A stretch of 64,000 nt of DNA, taken from assembly GCA_044892505.1 (NCBI GenBank), contig CM097882.1, positions 196,044,001-196,108,000 on the forward strand, written 5' to 3'. This DNA comes from Schmidtea nova. Lineage: Eukaryota. Of the stretch, positions 31,624 to 46,600 are shown one piece after another. A program made the position numbers and the translations under genes. Each line of letters starts with the position of its first letter. Position 1 is the first letter of the stretch. The notes under the pieces are model-generated. The model saw only the letters and a program-made list of their open reading frames with translations, was not told the origin of the DNA and did not search any database.

Positions 31624-34600
31624 GAGAACAACATTTTTATAAATATATTATTGCAATATATTTCAACAGCTTAGCTGTCATCATCAGGCTTTCCACAATC
31701 TATATGCATTTTGAGAGTGTTTAATTAATTTTATTAGGGTAAAATAAAATTTTTATTGGATTATGCACATGTAATTATGTAATCACTATTGAGCGTATAA
31801 TTAAGATCAAATTTTTATTTTATTGAGAATGGGGAAAGCCTGATGATGACAGCTAAGCTGTTGAAATATATTGCAATAATATATTTAAAAAAATGGTGTT
31901 CTCTTATTTATATGAATAAANNNNNNNNNNNNNNNNNNNNNNNNNNNNNNNNNNNNNNNNNNNNNNNNNNNNNNNNNNNNNNNNNNNNNNNNNNNNNNNN
32001 NNNNNNNNNNNNNNNNNNNNNNNNNNNNNNNNNNNNNNNNNNNNNNNNNNNNNNNNNNNNNNNNNNNNNNNNNNNNNNNNNNNNNNNNNNNNNNNNNNNN
32101 NNNNNNNNNNNNNNNNNNNNNNNNNNNNNNNNNNNNNNNNNNNNNNNNNNNNNNNNNNNNNNNNNNNNNNNNNNNNNNNNNNNNNNNNNNNNNNNNNNNN
32201 NNNNNNNNNNNNNNNNNNNNNNNNNNNNNNNNNNNNNNNNNNNNNNNNNNNNNNNNNNNNNNNNNNNNNNNNNNNNNNNNNNNNNNNNNNNNNNNNNNNN
32301 NNNNNNNNNNNNNNNNNNNNNNNNNNNNNNNNNNNNNNNNCTAGAATAAACAAATTTTTTCAAAGATAATGAAATGTGAAAATAAAACAGGTAGATAAGA
32401 CTTAACCAAAAGAGCATGAATATATTGTAGAATATGAAATTCTTCATGAGTTCCCAGGTGTGATTGGGGGTTTGAAGTATAATTAAAGATAGATTTTTTT
32501 CTAATTTCAAAAAATTGTATATCATTATTGAACACAATTTAATTACAAGACTTTCCTGTGTAAACAATTTTCGTCAGGTCAATATTTCAGTTTATTAGTA
32601 AAGGTTTTTTAAACAAATAAGATTGCTTATCTGCCTGAACACTTTTTTCTTCTAATTTCTTATTTTGTATCATTCGATGTAGAGTTTAATTACAAAATTT
32701 ATTTCATTAATATAAATTTAATTACCTTAATACATAAGAACAATAGATTTTATTGAGATTTTTCCTTTTTGGTTGAAACAAGGGCGCGCGAAGTCACTGA
32801 TAAAACCGTAAAGAGTTAAAGCGTAAAGAACAAGTCCCCATCACTGTCATGGAGAATTTTCTCTTTTTCTGATTGATGGATTATAATTTTATACAATCAA
32901 TATTCTAAACATTGATATTTAAGATTGTAATAAAAGTACGGCTTGACGGTAGTTTTTAGTTAATTGTAATCCCCTCCACCCATGTGAATATGTTAATATT
33001 AAACAAGTTGTTTCGACAAATGAAAAATAAGTTATTTACAGTAGGGAAAATTATTTGAAAAAGTCTTAAAGTCATGACTTTGGCATATTTAAAAGAGTAT
33101 TTAAATAAATAACATTAATAATAATCAATAAATTAATCAATTTAATTTTTGAATTTCTTTTTACTATTAAATTATGTTGTGATCATCGTGATAATATAAT
33201 ATTTATTGTCTTAAATCCCTTTTTATTAATTTATCATGTTGATATTTACTATTGATAAAACAAATCGAGTCAGTTGGTCTCATTACTTTCTGTAATCAAT
33301 CATTGAGGTGCAAACAGTGTATCCGAAGTACTCAGAAAAATTAAGTGTTATACGGGAGGTAGCTGAAATTAACATGAATATTTCGACTATNNNNNNNNNN
33401 NNNNNNNNNNNNNNNNNNNNNNNNNNNNNNNNNNNNNNNNNNNNNNNNNNNNNNNNNNNNNNNNNNNNNNNNNNNNNNNNNNNNNNNNNNNNNNNNNNNN
33501 NNNNNNNNNNNNNNNNNNNNNNNNNNNNNNNNNNNNNNNNNNNNNNNNNNNNNNNNNNNNNNNNNNNNNNNNNNNNNNNNNNNNNNNNNNNNNNNNNNNN
33601 NNNNNNNNNNNNNNNNNNTTTCATGATTGTCGACATTATTGCTACTGAAAATTTCGTTGTGACATTTGTTATCAAATTTCTATTTTTGATTTAATTTGCG
33701 GCTGTTTTCATATTCTCTGGATAATAAAATTTAGGAGCTGTTGAGCAAATTTGTTTTATTAAATTCTATTATTTTCACCAATACATTTTTTCTGATTGCT
33801 AGTTATGTCTTTAACCATTTCAATAGTTATTATTTATTTTGGGTTAATTTATGGATTTTTTTTGTCCATTTAGATTTGAAATGGTTGAAATATTTAAAAT
33901 TAAAAAAAATTGTTTTAATTATAAAAATATTTTAAAACAATAAATTATACTATAAATTAACTATTATAATTATGCCTTGCATTCAACATATTATCATAAT
34001 GTTTACATAATCATTTCTTTAATTTTTGCAAATCTTCCTTTTGCTGAATTTTTCAACTAAATGCTAATGTTTGTTATGAAGAATTCGACTGAAGATTCTA
34101 TCTTTTGAAATGTTATTTGTATTGTATTTTTATTTTCTGTTTCCTTGTTTTTAGTTTTTAGTTTTGCTTTTCATTTGGCATTTTATTTATTTCTCATTAT
34201 CGTTCTCACTAAATTTCACAATTATTTATGTACATTATCATTTATGTCAAGTTAAAATTATTTTAGTTATTTTTATGTATTATTATACGGTGTACGGACA
34301 CTTAATCCCGCGACAGTTAATCCCGCTCACAGATAGGCTAATATCGCAACCAAGTAACACCAACAGTAATCTATCAAATAAATAATAAGCTTATACAATA
34401 GTATTATCACATAAATTTACACAAAGAAAACTATTTACATTATTATTTAAATTTGAACTATCATTGTTTTGTTTATCTTAATTAAAATAGAAATTAAAAT
34501 TAAAATTAAAAAAGGAATTTGAATCGACAAATAAACAAAAGTTTAAGTAATAAAATAAGTAATAAAAAAGTAATAAAAAGAGCCTTTGCTGCAAAAAAAA

Positions 34601-37600
34601 TTTTATTACTTATTTATTAATTAATTTAATACTTAATGCTGCTACCAGGGAATCACCATTATATTGATTTTACTAACAAACAGTTTAATATAGTCGTAGA
34701 GTCTACAAAAAAATTAGTCTATGGCTGATAAGATCACTTTTGGTACTGTCGCGGGATTAAGTCTCACCAAACCAATTATATATTATCAGATCATTTTTGA
34801 TTCAAACCTAAATGTATTAAAATATATTTAACATTTTTAAAATATATTTCTAAATAAATAGAATTAAATTAAATCTATTAATCTATTAAATTCTTTTCCG
34901 TGAGAAATGCAGGATTATATATTGTATGAATTTTAGCATAAAAATTTCACCAAATAATCATGCATTGTTTTGAATTTAATAACTCTATAATCTAACCGAA
35001 CTCAAATTTGTATAGTGAGAATAATTCCTTTATCTGGTCTTCATTACACGTGGAAGGTCTACTCAAGCGTTCTTGATCTTTAAGACTTCCAACACCATTT
35101 CTAAATCTTGTACACTATTTGTGAACAGTTCTATTTGCTTGTTCGATGTTTCTGTATTATTTTCACCCTTTTGATAGAAGATGAGCATCAGATATAGGAA
35201 CTAAACTTTGTCTTCAATTATTTTAAATCGAATTTAGTCAACTTTTACTAACATCTCTTATTTTCATCTTTTTTTCTATTACAGAAACATAATTCTTTAT
35301 AAAGAATATAGATCAAATTATTTTTAAAAAATTACACGAATTTTCGACATAGCTTTTGTTACACAATTAAAAAAGGCTGTGTCGAAAATTCGTATACTTT
35401 TTTAAAAAATTAATCGACAGTCTTTATAAAAAATGAAAATTAGTCAACGTTAGTTTACAAATATTTTCGAGTATGACGATTTAGAATTTGTATATTCATC
35501 ATAATGTGTTTTTATATTAATAACAAATACTAGGACAATCAGTAATATCTACAAAAGGTGGCATGAATATTCCTAACAACAATTAATTTTTTACATTGTA
35601 TTATTTCTTTTAATTAAACATTGATTTGTTATACGAATCCCTATTTAATATTGTATTTCAGGAATGAGCAACCCGCGGCCCATTTCATTTTTTGCGACCG
35701 TTCAAGGCTATTTTTTGTCAAGAACAATTTTTTTGAAACGAAGTGGCAAAAATTCCTCAGATTTCAAAAAAACTCGAATTATTTTATGAATTTTATAGTC
35801 TTATTTTATATAGAATTGTAAAATGGTCAATTTTTTAATAAAAAATAATAAATTTATGCTCTTTTTTCGATGTTTTTTTAAACGTGGCCCGCGCGAAATT
35901 TTTGTGTTAGTATGTAGCCCGCCGTTAATAAAGGTTGCTCATCCCTGTTGTATTTGATCCTGTTTCATTATTTGAGATTTTCTTACATTGGTTCTCATTG
36001 TGCAAGTCCATGAGATATGGAAGATAAAGGAAGGCATGTAACCTATAAAGTTTTGTCAAATATATCGCACAGTATGTTGTCTAATTTAAATTGAAAAATT
36101 TATATTTTCCTAATGATTTGGTTGATATACTTTTTGTAGAAATCTTTGGTAAAAATATTTCATTCCTTACTTAATAGCTGCAATAAACTTTAAAAATTCA
36201 TATGATACAAGTGCTTTGGGATTTAACTGTAATTTTTATTGTATTATTTGTCAAATAAGATTCAATGTTTGTAGAAAATGAAGACGTGAATTCAAATATT
36301 TAAAGACACAAAATCTCAAAACATCTTTCATTAATGTTGTATTACAAGAAAATGTATAAGAGTAAATATATAATTAAATCACTTGTAAATGTGAATTACT
36401 AAAGATTAAACATTGTGTAAAGACAATTTTTTAATGATTTATATCGTATTGCGTTTTTTATATTGAATTAATATTAGTCTTTTTCAAGTTCAGATGTCTT
36501 TCTTGGACCCTTACTATGTGCTTTTTTATAATTTTTTATCTCTTCATTATTTGAATACTTAAAATTTAACATAATGACTTGTACACAGCCTACTCTGTTT
36601 CTTTATAATAACTTTTCTAAAGTTATTTAAAATAAATTTCACTGCTAAAATGATTATTTTTGATTTATTAATAAATAATAAAAGGTAAAGCTTTGTGATA
36701 CCCTGTGCAAAACCACAATAGCAGACTAGTTTGGAGCATTTGGCTCTCATCGGTGCTATGCAGGAGACACGAAAATTGGTCTTCGCTCCTGGTAAGTATG
36801 AAACGAAGTCAAAACAACTGTTTTAAATACTATTCTTGGTTTGGTGCGCTTTTTTAACAGTTTTTGTTGAAAAGTCTTTGTGCGCAAAGGCGAATATGTT
36901 ATTCATACGCCATGTTTGCAATTTACAGATTATCTGTAAGACCTTGCATATTCAAGGGATGTGATATCCTGCGTACCGGGAAAAGTATTTAATAAAGTTG
37001 TACCAACTTTGTTTTATACTTACTTTAGCGTAATGATCAATGTTCGAGTCTCCTGCATAGCACTGATGAGAGCCAAAAGTTCGAAGCTAGTCTACAATTG
37101 GGGTTTCGCACTCTGTATCACGAAGCTTTATCTTTTATTATTTGTTTAAAAACAAACAGCTATCTAATGATTATTTTTTTATTGATAAATCTTATATTTA
37201 TGAATAAAATTTATTAATTTATTTATGAAAAAAAATAAAATTTCATTAAGAAAAAATATAAAATTTCCTAATTCTGTGACTATTATTTTTTAGTTGACAT
37301 GTAGCAATAAAATTCTGTAACTTTCTAGATATTTATGAATAATATACTTTCTCCAGTTTACAAGATTACTTAGTCAACGAAAAATCCGTTAGAAACATAT
37401 TAGATACGGCCTATTAATCCCATGAGTTTTCCAGTTCAGCTCAATTTTTATTTGCGTTTGCAATATTTAATTCTATTTGCACAAACATAAATAATAATTG
37501 TGTTCTCCTTAATGGATTTAATCTTGAATGATTTATTTTATCTTAAAATCAATAGTTGGCTTTATCTCAGATAAATTTTGGACAAATTCCATCAGTTGTC

Positions 37601-40600
37601 AAAAACAAATAAATATCGTTAAAATTCATTTATTCTATTTTGTATAAGAATTAAATTATCTAAAATTTGTTTCCAAGTTATCAACTAACCCACGAATTGT
37701 CAACAGGTGACAGAATTCACATTGAGCGATTTTATCTCACAATCTCTACTAATGAATTCTGTTCTTTTGAAGCTCATTTCAAGTGGCTATAGAAAAATAT
37801 TTTACAACATTTCCATTTAATAAGTTCGGTGTTTGAAAGAAATAATATCGATAAATAAAATTTGTTAACGATTATTTATTTCAAATATTTTTCTTCAAAA
37901 TCACTTAACATAATCGGTAAACGTTTTATTAAAGAAAATTGGATAGAATAGTCTAAAAAATAGTTAATAAGAATATTATGCTGGTTTTAATTATCAATTC
38001 GTATTATTTTCGTATTAACAATAATTTGTTTCCCTTAGAATAAATGAATTTCTGTAGACCAATATATTAAGAGTACCGAATAATAATCAATTATTACTTA
38101 GCAATTTTTTAGCATTTATTTTATTTTAAAAATATAAGGGAAATTATGAATTATTATCAAAATCTATAATCTGAATTTTAGGACCTGGCGTGGAAGTAGA
38201 TGAAACTCATTTAAGACATTGCAGGCAGTTTTCTTTTGTAAACTGATGAATGCAACTGAAGCTTTCAAAAATATCTGCGCAACTTGATTAGATGTATTGA
38301 AGATCAACAAATGCCGACGTTGGTTTAGAAAGTTTACATCTGGTGATTTTGATCTTTCTGATATTCAACTATTCGGAAGGCCATACAAGCTGGATGATGG
38401 CTTGCTTTCTTCATTAGGAATAGTCAAATCAGCTCAACCTGTCAGGAACATTTAAAAATTATTGGAAAAGTGAATAGACATGATATTTGACTTCTTCACA
38501 GTCTTTCCGAAAATAACACAGCACAGTAACGAACAATTTGTAATGGATTGTTAACCAGATAAAAAATGAGTCGTTTTTGCATTAGTTGTTACTGGTAATG
38601 AAAATTGTACTCTCTATTCAAATATTAACCCGAAAAAACAATGTATTTTTCTCGGACAAACACCGATATTGACATCTAAAGCTGTACTTTATCCAAAGAA
38701 AGCTCTTTAATGCATTTGGATGGATTGTGTTGGCATAATCCATCATGAGCTCATGCAACCTTTCCAGACTATATATGTTGACAGCCTGTCAGAGATATCG
38801 GAACGGTAAAAGAAAAAAGTTGAAACAACAAAAAGGGAAAGCAAAGCGTATCTCGACAGCGGTCAGAGAAGTGGAAGAAGGCGAAAAGCGAAGTAGAAAA
38901 ACAAATTTGTTTCAAGTACCGAAAAATTTGACGCGCTATAAAGGCATAAAGGCATCGCAGTTGAATTAGAATTCGAGTGGTATTACAAAGGTTGTATGAG
39001 GAAAGGGTACTAGAAATATTATTGAGAAAAGTGTTATCGAGAGAAATGTATTAAGAATATGATTGAGAGAAATTTATTGAAGAATTTATTAAGAGAAATT
39101 CTTTTGAGAAATCAATTGCGAGAAATTTATTGAGAAAAGTTTGTTGAGTCAAATTTCAAGTCAAAGCAATGAAAGCAATTAATTGGTTACCCATTGTTAA
39201 ATATAAATCAGTAGCTAGTGATTGTTATACATATATATTATACGTGTCGTAATAAGCACTGTATAATTGTCTCATTTTATTGATTGGTTGTACCAGTGTA
39301 AATTGTGAAACCAACTGTGATATCAATAAAAAAAATATTGTTAATTGTTATCCTATTGATTGATAAAGCACGCATTTGGAGTCAGAGATTTGATTGGTAA
39401 CTTTTAGATTTCACCAACAACCCAATAACCCAACCTAATTGATTAACACATTTTTTTATTATAAATTTATTGTTTAAAAATTTATTAAATAATAATTGAT
39501 CAGTTTCTGGTACTCCTAATATGTTGTCTTATTTTGTATTTTTTCATTGACTTTGTTGATGTCATTTTTGTTGAAATCTTTGACAAAAAAAATCATTCCT
39601 AACTTAATTATTTCAGTTACTTTAAAAACACTTAGGATACATATTTTTTTAGAGAGGTCCATATACCTTGAATTTATTGGCATTTTCCATGTGTTTGAAT
39701 GTTGAGTAAAGAAATTCACCGTTTGTAGACATCGATGATATATTATAAAACAGATTAATGTGCTCTAGAGAAATTGGAGGTTTACATTATGAATTATAAA
39801 TGAAATAATTATCATTCGTATGATCTCGAATATGATATTCAATACTTTCCGGTTTTTTGTCGAAAAATCTGAGTGCGTATTATACTCGAGTAATACAAAA
39901 TATAACTATTTAACATATTTATTATAGTAGTAATAACGAAGTCGATTCTTCCTTGTTAATAATATTTGATATGGAGTGTAAACAAATGCTAAATAACTGA
40001 AAATGAATAAATGGATTTTTAATTTTCATGATTTTGTTTTTAAAGTTAATTAAATCAATGATTTTCATGTTCATTTTATCCGGATTTTTCAGTTTTATTT
40101 AAAAGATTGAATAAAACCGTCCTGTGAATTATTCATAGATGCGTATTTTACTCGAGCTTTTACAGTACATTATGGTTAATAGAATTTTACTATTCCCGGA
40201 AATATTAACTGAATTTTTTAAAGATTTTCAAATCACGAAGTTTTGCTTTATCTTTTAATTGTTTCTAAAGATTCTAAAACGTAAATTATTAAATTATATT
40301 GTCAAAAAGAACGGCTATTTTGTAATTGTTCTCTATAATTTCCGAGTGCAAATATTATTTTTAATTTTTCAAAATCTAATAGATTTCTTTGAAATCTTTT
40401 GATGAGATGTGTAGTGCCTTAGATTATTAATTTTTCATTTTAATTAATTAATTAAATTATTATTGAATGGAAGATTTAAATAGCTTTGTTTTAATATTTA
40501 CTTTTTTGCTCGTTTTTCAAATAAATCCAACATAGTCCAACAAGAACTAATGCAATTTCTTCCAATCAACATGAATCAATTTTCCCAATATCAGCAATCA

Positions 40601-43600
40601 ATGATGTCCCCAAACATTGTCATAATGCCGTTAATGAATCCATCAGAAACCACTCAAACTGCTGCGTCACAATCTAATCAAATGTTGGCTCGAACCGATC
40701 AAACTAACAATCCAATTTCATATCTCGTAGGGCCACACACATTTTTCAGCATGCTAAGTAGTGGATCAAACCAAACAAACAGCACAACAATGAGTCATGA
40801 TGCTGGATCTATAATCAATAAAAATCAACGGCCTAGACTTTCAAAGATGTCCTCGATGTTAATGCTGAATATATTTTATGTCTATCCGGCTTTTATCAAA
40901 TTAATTGTTTTTCTACAAGATGAATTAAAGAATTTTGTTTCTTTAAAATGTAAATTAATTCCTGTCAATTTCCAATTGGTTTTTATGAAGATTATCTCGC
41001 ATTTCATATAATGGTTTAAATCAAATAATTCATTCTTTCTCGCTATGGTTCAAAATATTTTTAATTTAACACGAATTTCCCACAGAACATTTTTTAAAAT
41101 TTTATTTGTAAATAACACTTAAAAATGCTGTGTCGAAAATTCGTGTTAAATTGAAAACAGTCGTGTTTTTTAGTCAGAAAGAATGAAAATAGAATTTATT
41201 TAATAATAAATAATTATTGTTTTTTATTATTTGTAATTAAGGTTTTACCTCTTATTTATTATCTGGAAATTGTGACATTTTCGATCCTGAAAACCTGGTC
41301 GTATGCCAAGATATGACTCAACCTCTTCCACATTATTTTATTGCGGCATCATATAACACGTAAGATAATTATTTTAATTTTTTTTCTCAATTTTTTACAA
41401 CTGTTTACTAAATTGTAAATAAAGTTAAATATTAATTTTGTTTAAATATTAAATTTTATTACTTTTGATTATATTATTATATAAACAAAAATAATAATCA
41501 TCATTTTAAAGACAAAACGATGATCAAATATGGCACTATTACTGTAGGACACCAGTTTTTATCATTATTTAGCACATATTTACATGTTTTAATTTGTCAA
41601 AAAATGAAAATTTTGTCCAGAAATTTGTTAATAAATTTTTTGATAAGCCAATCCAGGAATGTAATCACTATGTACCTTCATATGCACATTAGTTATGGAA
41701 CTTTTATAGTCTTTTGATGGACTTTCTCAAACAAATAATTCTGCTGAGTATTAGTATAGATAGTCTAATGAGCTTAATACAGCTTGCCCTCTTACAATAT
41801 CAAAGTCAATTTCTTCTCTTTAGGATCATCAAATGAATTTAAGATCGAACTGTATAGATCAGGTAGATGTTTTAACTACATGACAAATAAAGCGATAGTA
41901 TGGAAAGAAATTAGAATATGATGAAAGAATATGATAATCGAAATGCTATGAATTATCTTGAAGGTAATTCTTGTAAATCAGTATGTATTATATTTAATAA
42001 AGATTTTTGGCATTGCCTCTTTCAATACATTCAATTAGCATTTAAAAAAAGAAATATCGAAAATTTGTGTTAGATTGAAGTCATATTGGTCTGTAGTCAG
42101 AAAAAATAGGTAAATGATATTTTAAATAGTAATGTAATGATTATTAAAAAACAATTTTGTTTAAATAATCAACAAGAACGAGTTGTTTTTAAAAGTAAAT
42201 ATTATTATTCTTGATGTCTGATATTAAGATAGTTACTGGCGACCACGCCGAAATTAACGCAGTTAAAACACGTAGCCAAGATAAGAAATCGGCAAGAGAT
42301 GTTTTACCAAAGAAGGCTCAAGAAATCTTAGACGTTGAAATTCGTAGATACGATGGAAGATGCGCTAAGGAAGCAGAAAAATGGATGAAAGCGATCGATG
42401 ATTGGATTATAAGAAATGATCTAAAACGGACGGAAGCTTTTGATTTGTTGTTATCGGAAAAAGCGTCAATCTTGTGGAAGAACGTCAAAACCGAAGACAC
42501 ATCAGAGGATGATGCTAGAGAATGGTTTATAGAAACATTCACTATAAAAAAGTCAATATTAGATAAAATCAAGGATCTTGCAACTATCAGACAAGATGAC
42601 AACGAACGTTTTGCTACTTTCGAGATTCGAGTTCTCAAAATCGTGGAAGAAGTTTTATATTCATGATTGTCAAAGGAAGAAATCGTAAGTGAGATTAATA
42701 TGCACAGAGTGAGAGATAAAAGATTAAAAGAGGTACTTACGATGAAACCTAAGATGGATCACAAAGAGAGAAATGATTTAGCAAAAATTTATGAGAAAAC
42801 AGAGGACAGATCTAAAGAAATTTTGGCAGTGAAGCCAATGTCATATGCAGAAAAATTCAAAGAAGGTCTAAGGAATCGAGAGGAATTGGAGAGAGGAAAA
42901 CAAAGACCATATATACGAAAAGAACCCAGAAGTTTCGAAAACAAAGTAGAATACGGAAGATATGAACAACCAGAGTCCCAAAGATGGAAAGGACAGCAGA
43001 CGGGTGACAAAAAGATGCCAACTGTATCGCTGAAACATATAGCCAAACGGTTATACAACAGACATATGGGGTTACCAAAACCAAGACCATGCGAACTCAA
43101 ATCAGGTCAATGTTTTTGTTGCGGAGAAGAAGGACATAGGCGTTTTGAATGCCCTTTAAAGGATAAATGTTTGATTTGCGGGAAGAACGGACACAATTTT
43201 AGAAATTGTAACCTCCTGAATGGACGACGAGGTTACAACACCAACGTCAAGAAGATATCATGTATACACGAAGAAACGGAGGATCAGCAGATAAATAGTT
43301 ATGATTTTAGAGATGAATAAGGAAGTGAGTGTCAACCACATGGAGTAGAAGTAAGAAAAAATGCCAACGATCCCATCGCACACATTTCGTCAATGGGATC
43401 GCAGATATAAATGAAGAAAATCGAAATGACAGGAGAAGAAGCATGAAGTATCAGACGAGCGATGGAAGAGAATGGAGTAAGATGGTTATTAATACGGTTG
43501 AAGTAGAAATGTTATGGGATTCGGGGGCATCAATATCAGTGATGAATGAAGAAACATGGATAAACATCGGAAAACCGAGGTTAGATGCAAGCGATTTGAC

Positions 43601-46600
43601 GATTTGTGGCGTTTTTCCAGGAAGTAAAAGACCACTGGGACGTACGATGGTAGAGGCGAAATGGAACCAAAAACAGAGGAACATATGTATTGTTGTTATG
43701 ATGGATATTCGACCAGGATTTATTGATGGAGTAGATACAATAAAATCGTTCGGCATACAACTGGTGGAAGTGAAAAGTATTGAAGACAATGAGATCAAGA
43801 CAAACATCAACGACAAAGACCGACTATTAAAAGTGAAAACAGACTTGCTAAAAGAGGAAATATCGAGCTCGAGAAATTAATCACGGATTTTGCTTCAATA
43901 TTTATGGCAAACAAATTCGATTTAGGATATACCACGACGGTAGTACATAAAATTAAAACGACTGCTAATCCTGTGATGCAATATCCACGACGACAACCGA
44001 TGCATCTGGAACGGAAGGTAGATGACTTAATACAAAAGTTAGTAGAAGCAAGGGTGATCAGGTGATGTCAGAGTCAATGGAACGCACCATTAGTCATAGT
44101 AGGAAAAAAAGACGGATCGATCAGAATGTGTGCGGATTATCGGAGTCTAAATAGTCTGACAGAGAAGGAATTTTTTCCGATGCCAAATATCACACAGCTA
44201 CTGGATTGCTTGGCCGGAGCGAAGTTTTTCTCATCATTGGATCTGGGTCAAGCATATTATCAAGTGGCACTGGCAGCAGAGTCACAGGAGAAAACCGCGT
44301 TTAGTACGAAAAGCGGGCAGTTCTGTTTTGAGCGATTACCGTTCGGATTGACAATAGCTCCAGCTACATTTCAGAGATTCATGAATACTATGTTAGAAGG
44401 TATTCTTTTTAATGGGGCGGTGGTATATTTAGATGACATCCTCATATACGGGAAGGATAAATCAGAACATGACAGCCGGCTAAAAGAAGTTTTTGAAAGA
44501 ATCAGAAGTACTGGCGTGAAGATAAATTCGGAGAAATGTAAGATCTACAAGGATAAGTTAATATTTTTAGGGCATACCGTGAGTGAGTTCGGTATTCAAA
44601 CTAACGAAGAAAAGATACGGGTGATTAGGGAAGCTACAAGACCAAAATGTGCGAAACAACTGCTTTCATTTTTGGGACTGACGAATTATTATCGAAGATT
44701 TGTCAAAGATTATGCGCGTCTGGCAGCACCACTATATGCAGCAACAACGGGGTGTGATAATACCTTACAATGGTCTAAAAAATGTGAAACAAGTTTCGAT
44801 AATTTAAAAGAAGCTCTGATGAAAACACCTATACTGGATTATCCTAGGATGGACAGTGTATTTGTCTTAGATACGGATGCTTGTTTTGAAGCGGTAGGTG
44901 CCGTTCTGAGTCAAATAACAGAGGAAGGTAAAGAAGTAGTAATTGCGTATGGGTCGAGGCACCTCACATCACACGAAAAAGGGTACTGTGTAACCAGAAA
45001 GGAATTGCTGGCATTGCATGAGTATGTTACTTATTTTCGTCAATACTTATATGGGAAGGAGTTCATAGCGAGAACCGACCACAAGGCGCTTGTATTTATG
45101 AATACGACAAAGAAAGCGATAAGTCCACAATTCCAAACATGGATGGTGAACTTATCAGAATATAATTTTAAATTGCAGTATCGGAAAGGAGTAGAACATG
45201 GGAATGCCGATGGATTGTCGAGAATTGGAGAAATATTGTGCGCACAATGTCAAACACAACACGAAGAGCCGAAGAAGGAAAGAGCTAGGGTACGATATAT
45301 TAATTCGATACAAAATACTGGCACCATGATGAAAATTATGGAAGAACAAAAGAAGGACAAGGGGTTTCAAGGAGCATGGAATTATATCAATGAATTTTTG
45401 AATGAGGAAGAAGATTTTTTCAAGAAATCTTTCCTATATGCTCACAAAGACAGATTGAAGATCAACGATGACCTAATTACCGTAGATAGAGAATCCAATG
45501 ATTTAGCAGCAGTTCCAGAGAGCCATCAAAAACAACTGGTTAAGAAGATTAATGAAGAATTATGCCATGTGGGGGGAAAAAAGTTTTCATTACATGGAAA
45601 ATATTTTTTTCTGGCCAAAGATGTGGGAAACAGTGAGACACGTTGTAAAAGAATGTAGTATATGTGCGAGAAGGAAAATAGATCAAGGAAGAACGAAAGA
45701 ACTTTTTATTCCACGCGGAAGTAACGGGTTTCTGGAACAAATCGTAGTTGATGTAGCACACATGGAAAAGACATGGTCCGGAAAGAGATATGTGGTTGTC
45801 ATAATAGATCGGTTCAGTAAATTAGTATGCCTAACTGCGACAGAGAAGAAAGACGAAATGACGATATTTCGAATTATACTTCATAATTGGATTTAATAAT
45901 ATGGAAAGCCAGAAAGTATTCTTTCAGACAGAGGGAAACATTTTGAAGGCAGATATATGAAAGAGAAATTCGAAGTTTTAGGGATTCGTCAATAATTCTC
46001 AGCACCATATCAACATCAATCAAATGGATTGGTAGAAAGAGTAATTCGCACGATGAGAGATCTACTGGTGACTTCAATTCTTAGTAACAACAGGCGATAT
46101 GAATGGTGCGAGATACTTCCAAGGGTGGAATTCAGCATTAATGCGACGTTTCATAGCGCAACTAAATATTCTCCATTTGAGATTGTGTATGGACGGAAAG
46201 TGTCACTTCATGCCAATGGACAAGGATCAGAGATCAAATGCCAAAGAGTTGACGAGAAAGTGGTTCAGAATGCTAAGTTAGCGGCGGATAGAATGAGAAT
46301 TTTAGAAAAAGATCGAAGAGGTAAACGTTCTTTTGAAGTGGGGAGGAAGTATTGGTTCGACGGGAGCCACACAGAAGGAATAAGAATGACATACAATACG
46401 ATGGACCATATAAGATTGTTAGATTATTGTCGGAACACCAGGTCGAGCTACAATTTCCGGATGCTAGACGACCGAGACGGATAGAGTGGCTGAAGAGATG
46501 GCATCAAAGTTGAGGAGGGGAAAGTAATGTAATGATTATTAAAAAACAATGTTGTTTAAATAATCAACAAGAACGAGTTGTTTTTAAAAATAAATATTAT

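Noticed and set aside
36660-36850. AP-endonuclease fragment (AMQETR) in the dispersed repeat
   Set aside because: A single short motif with no supporting domain context.
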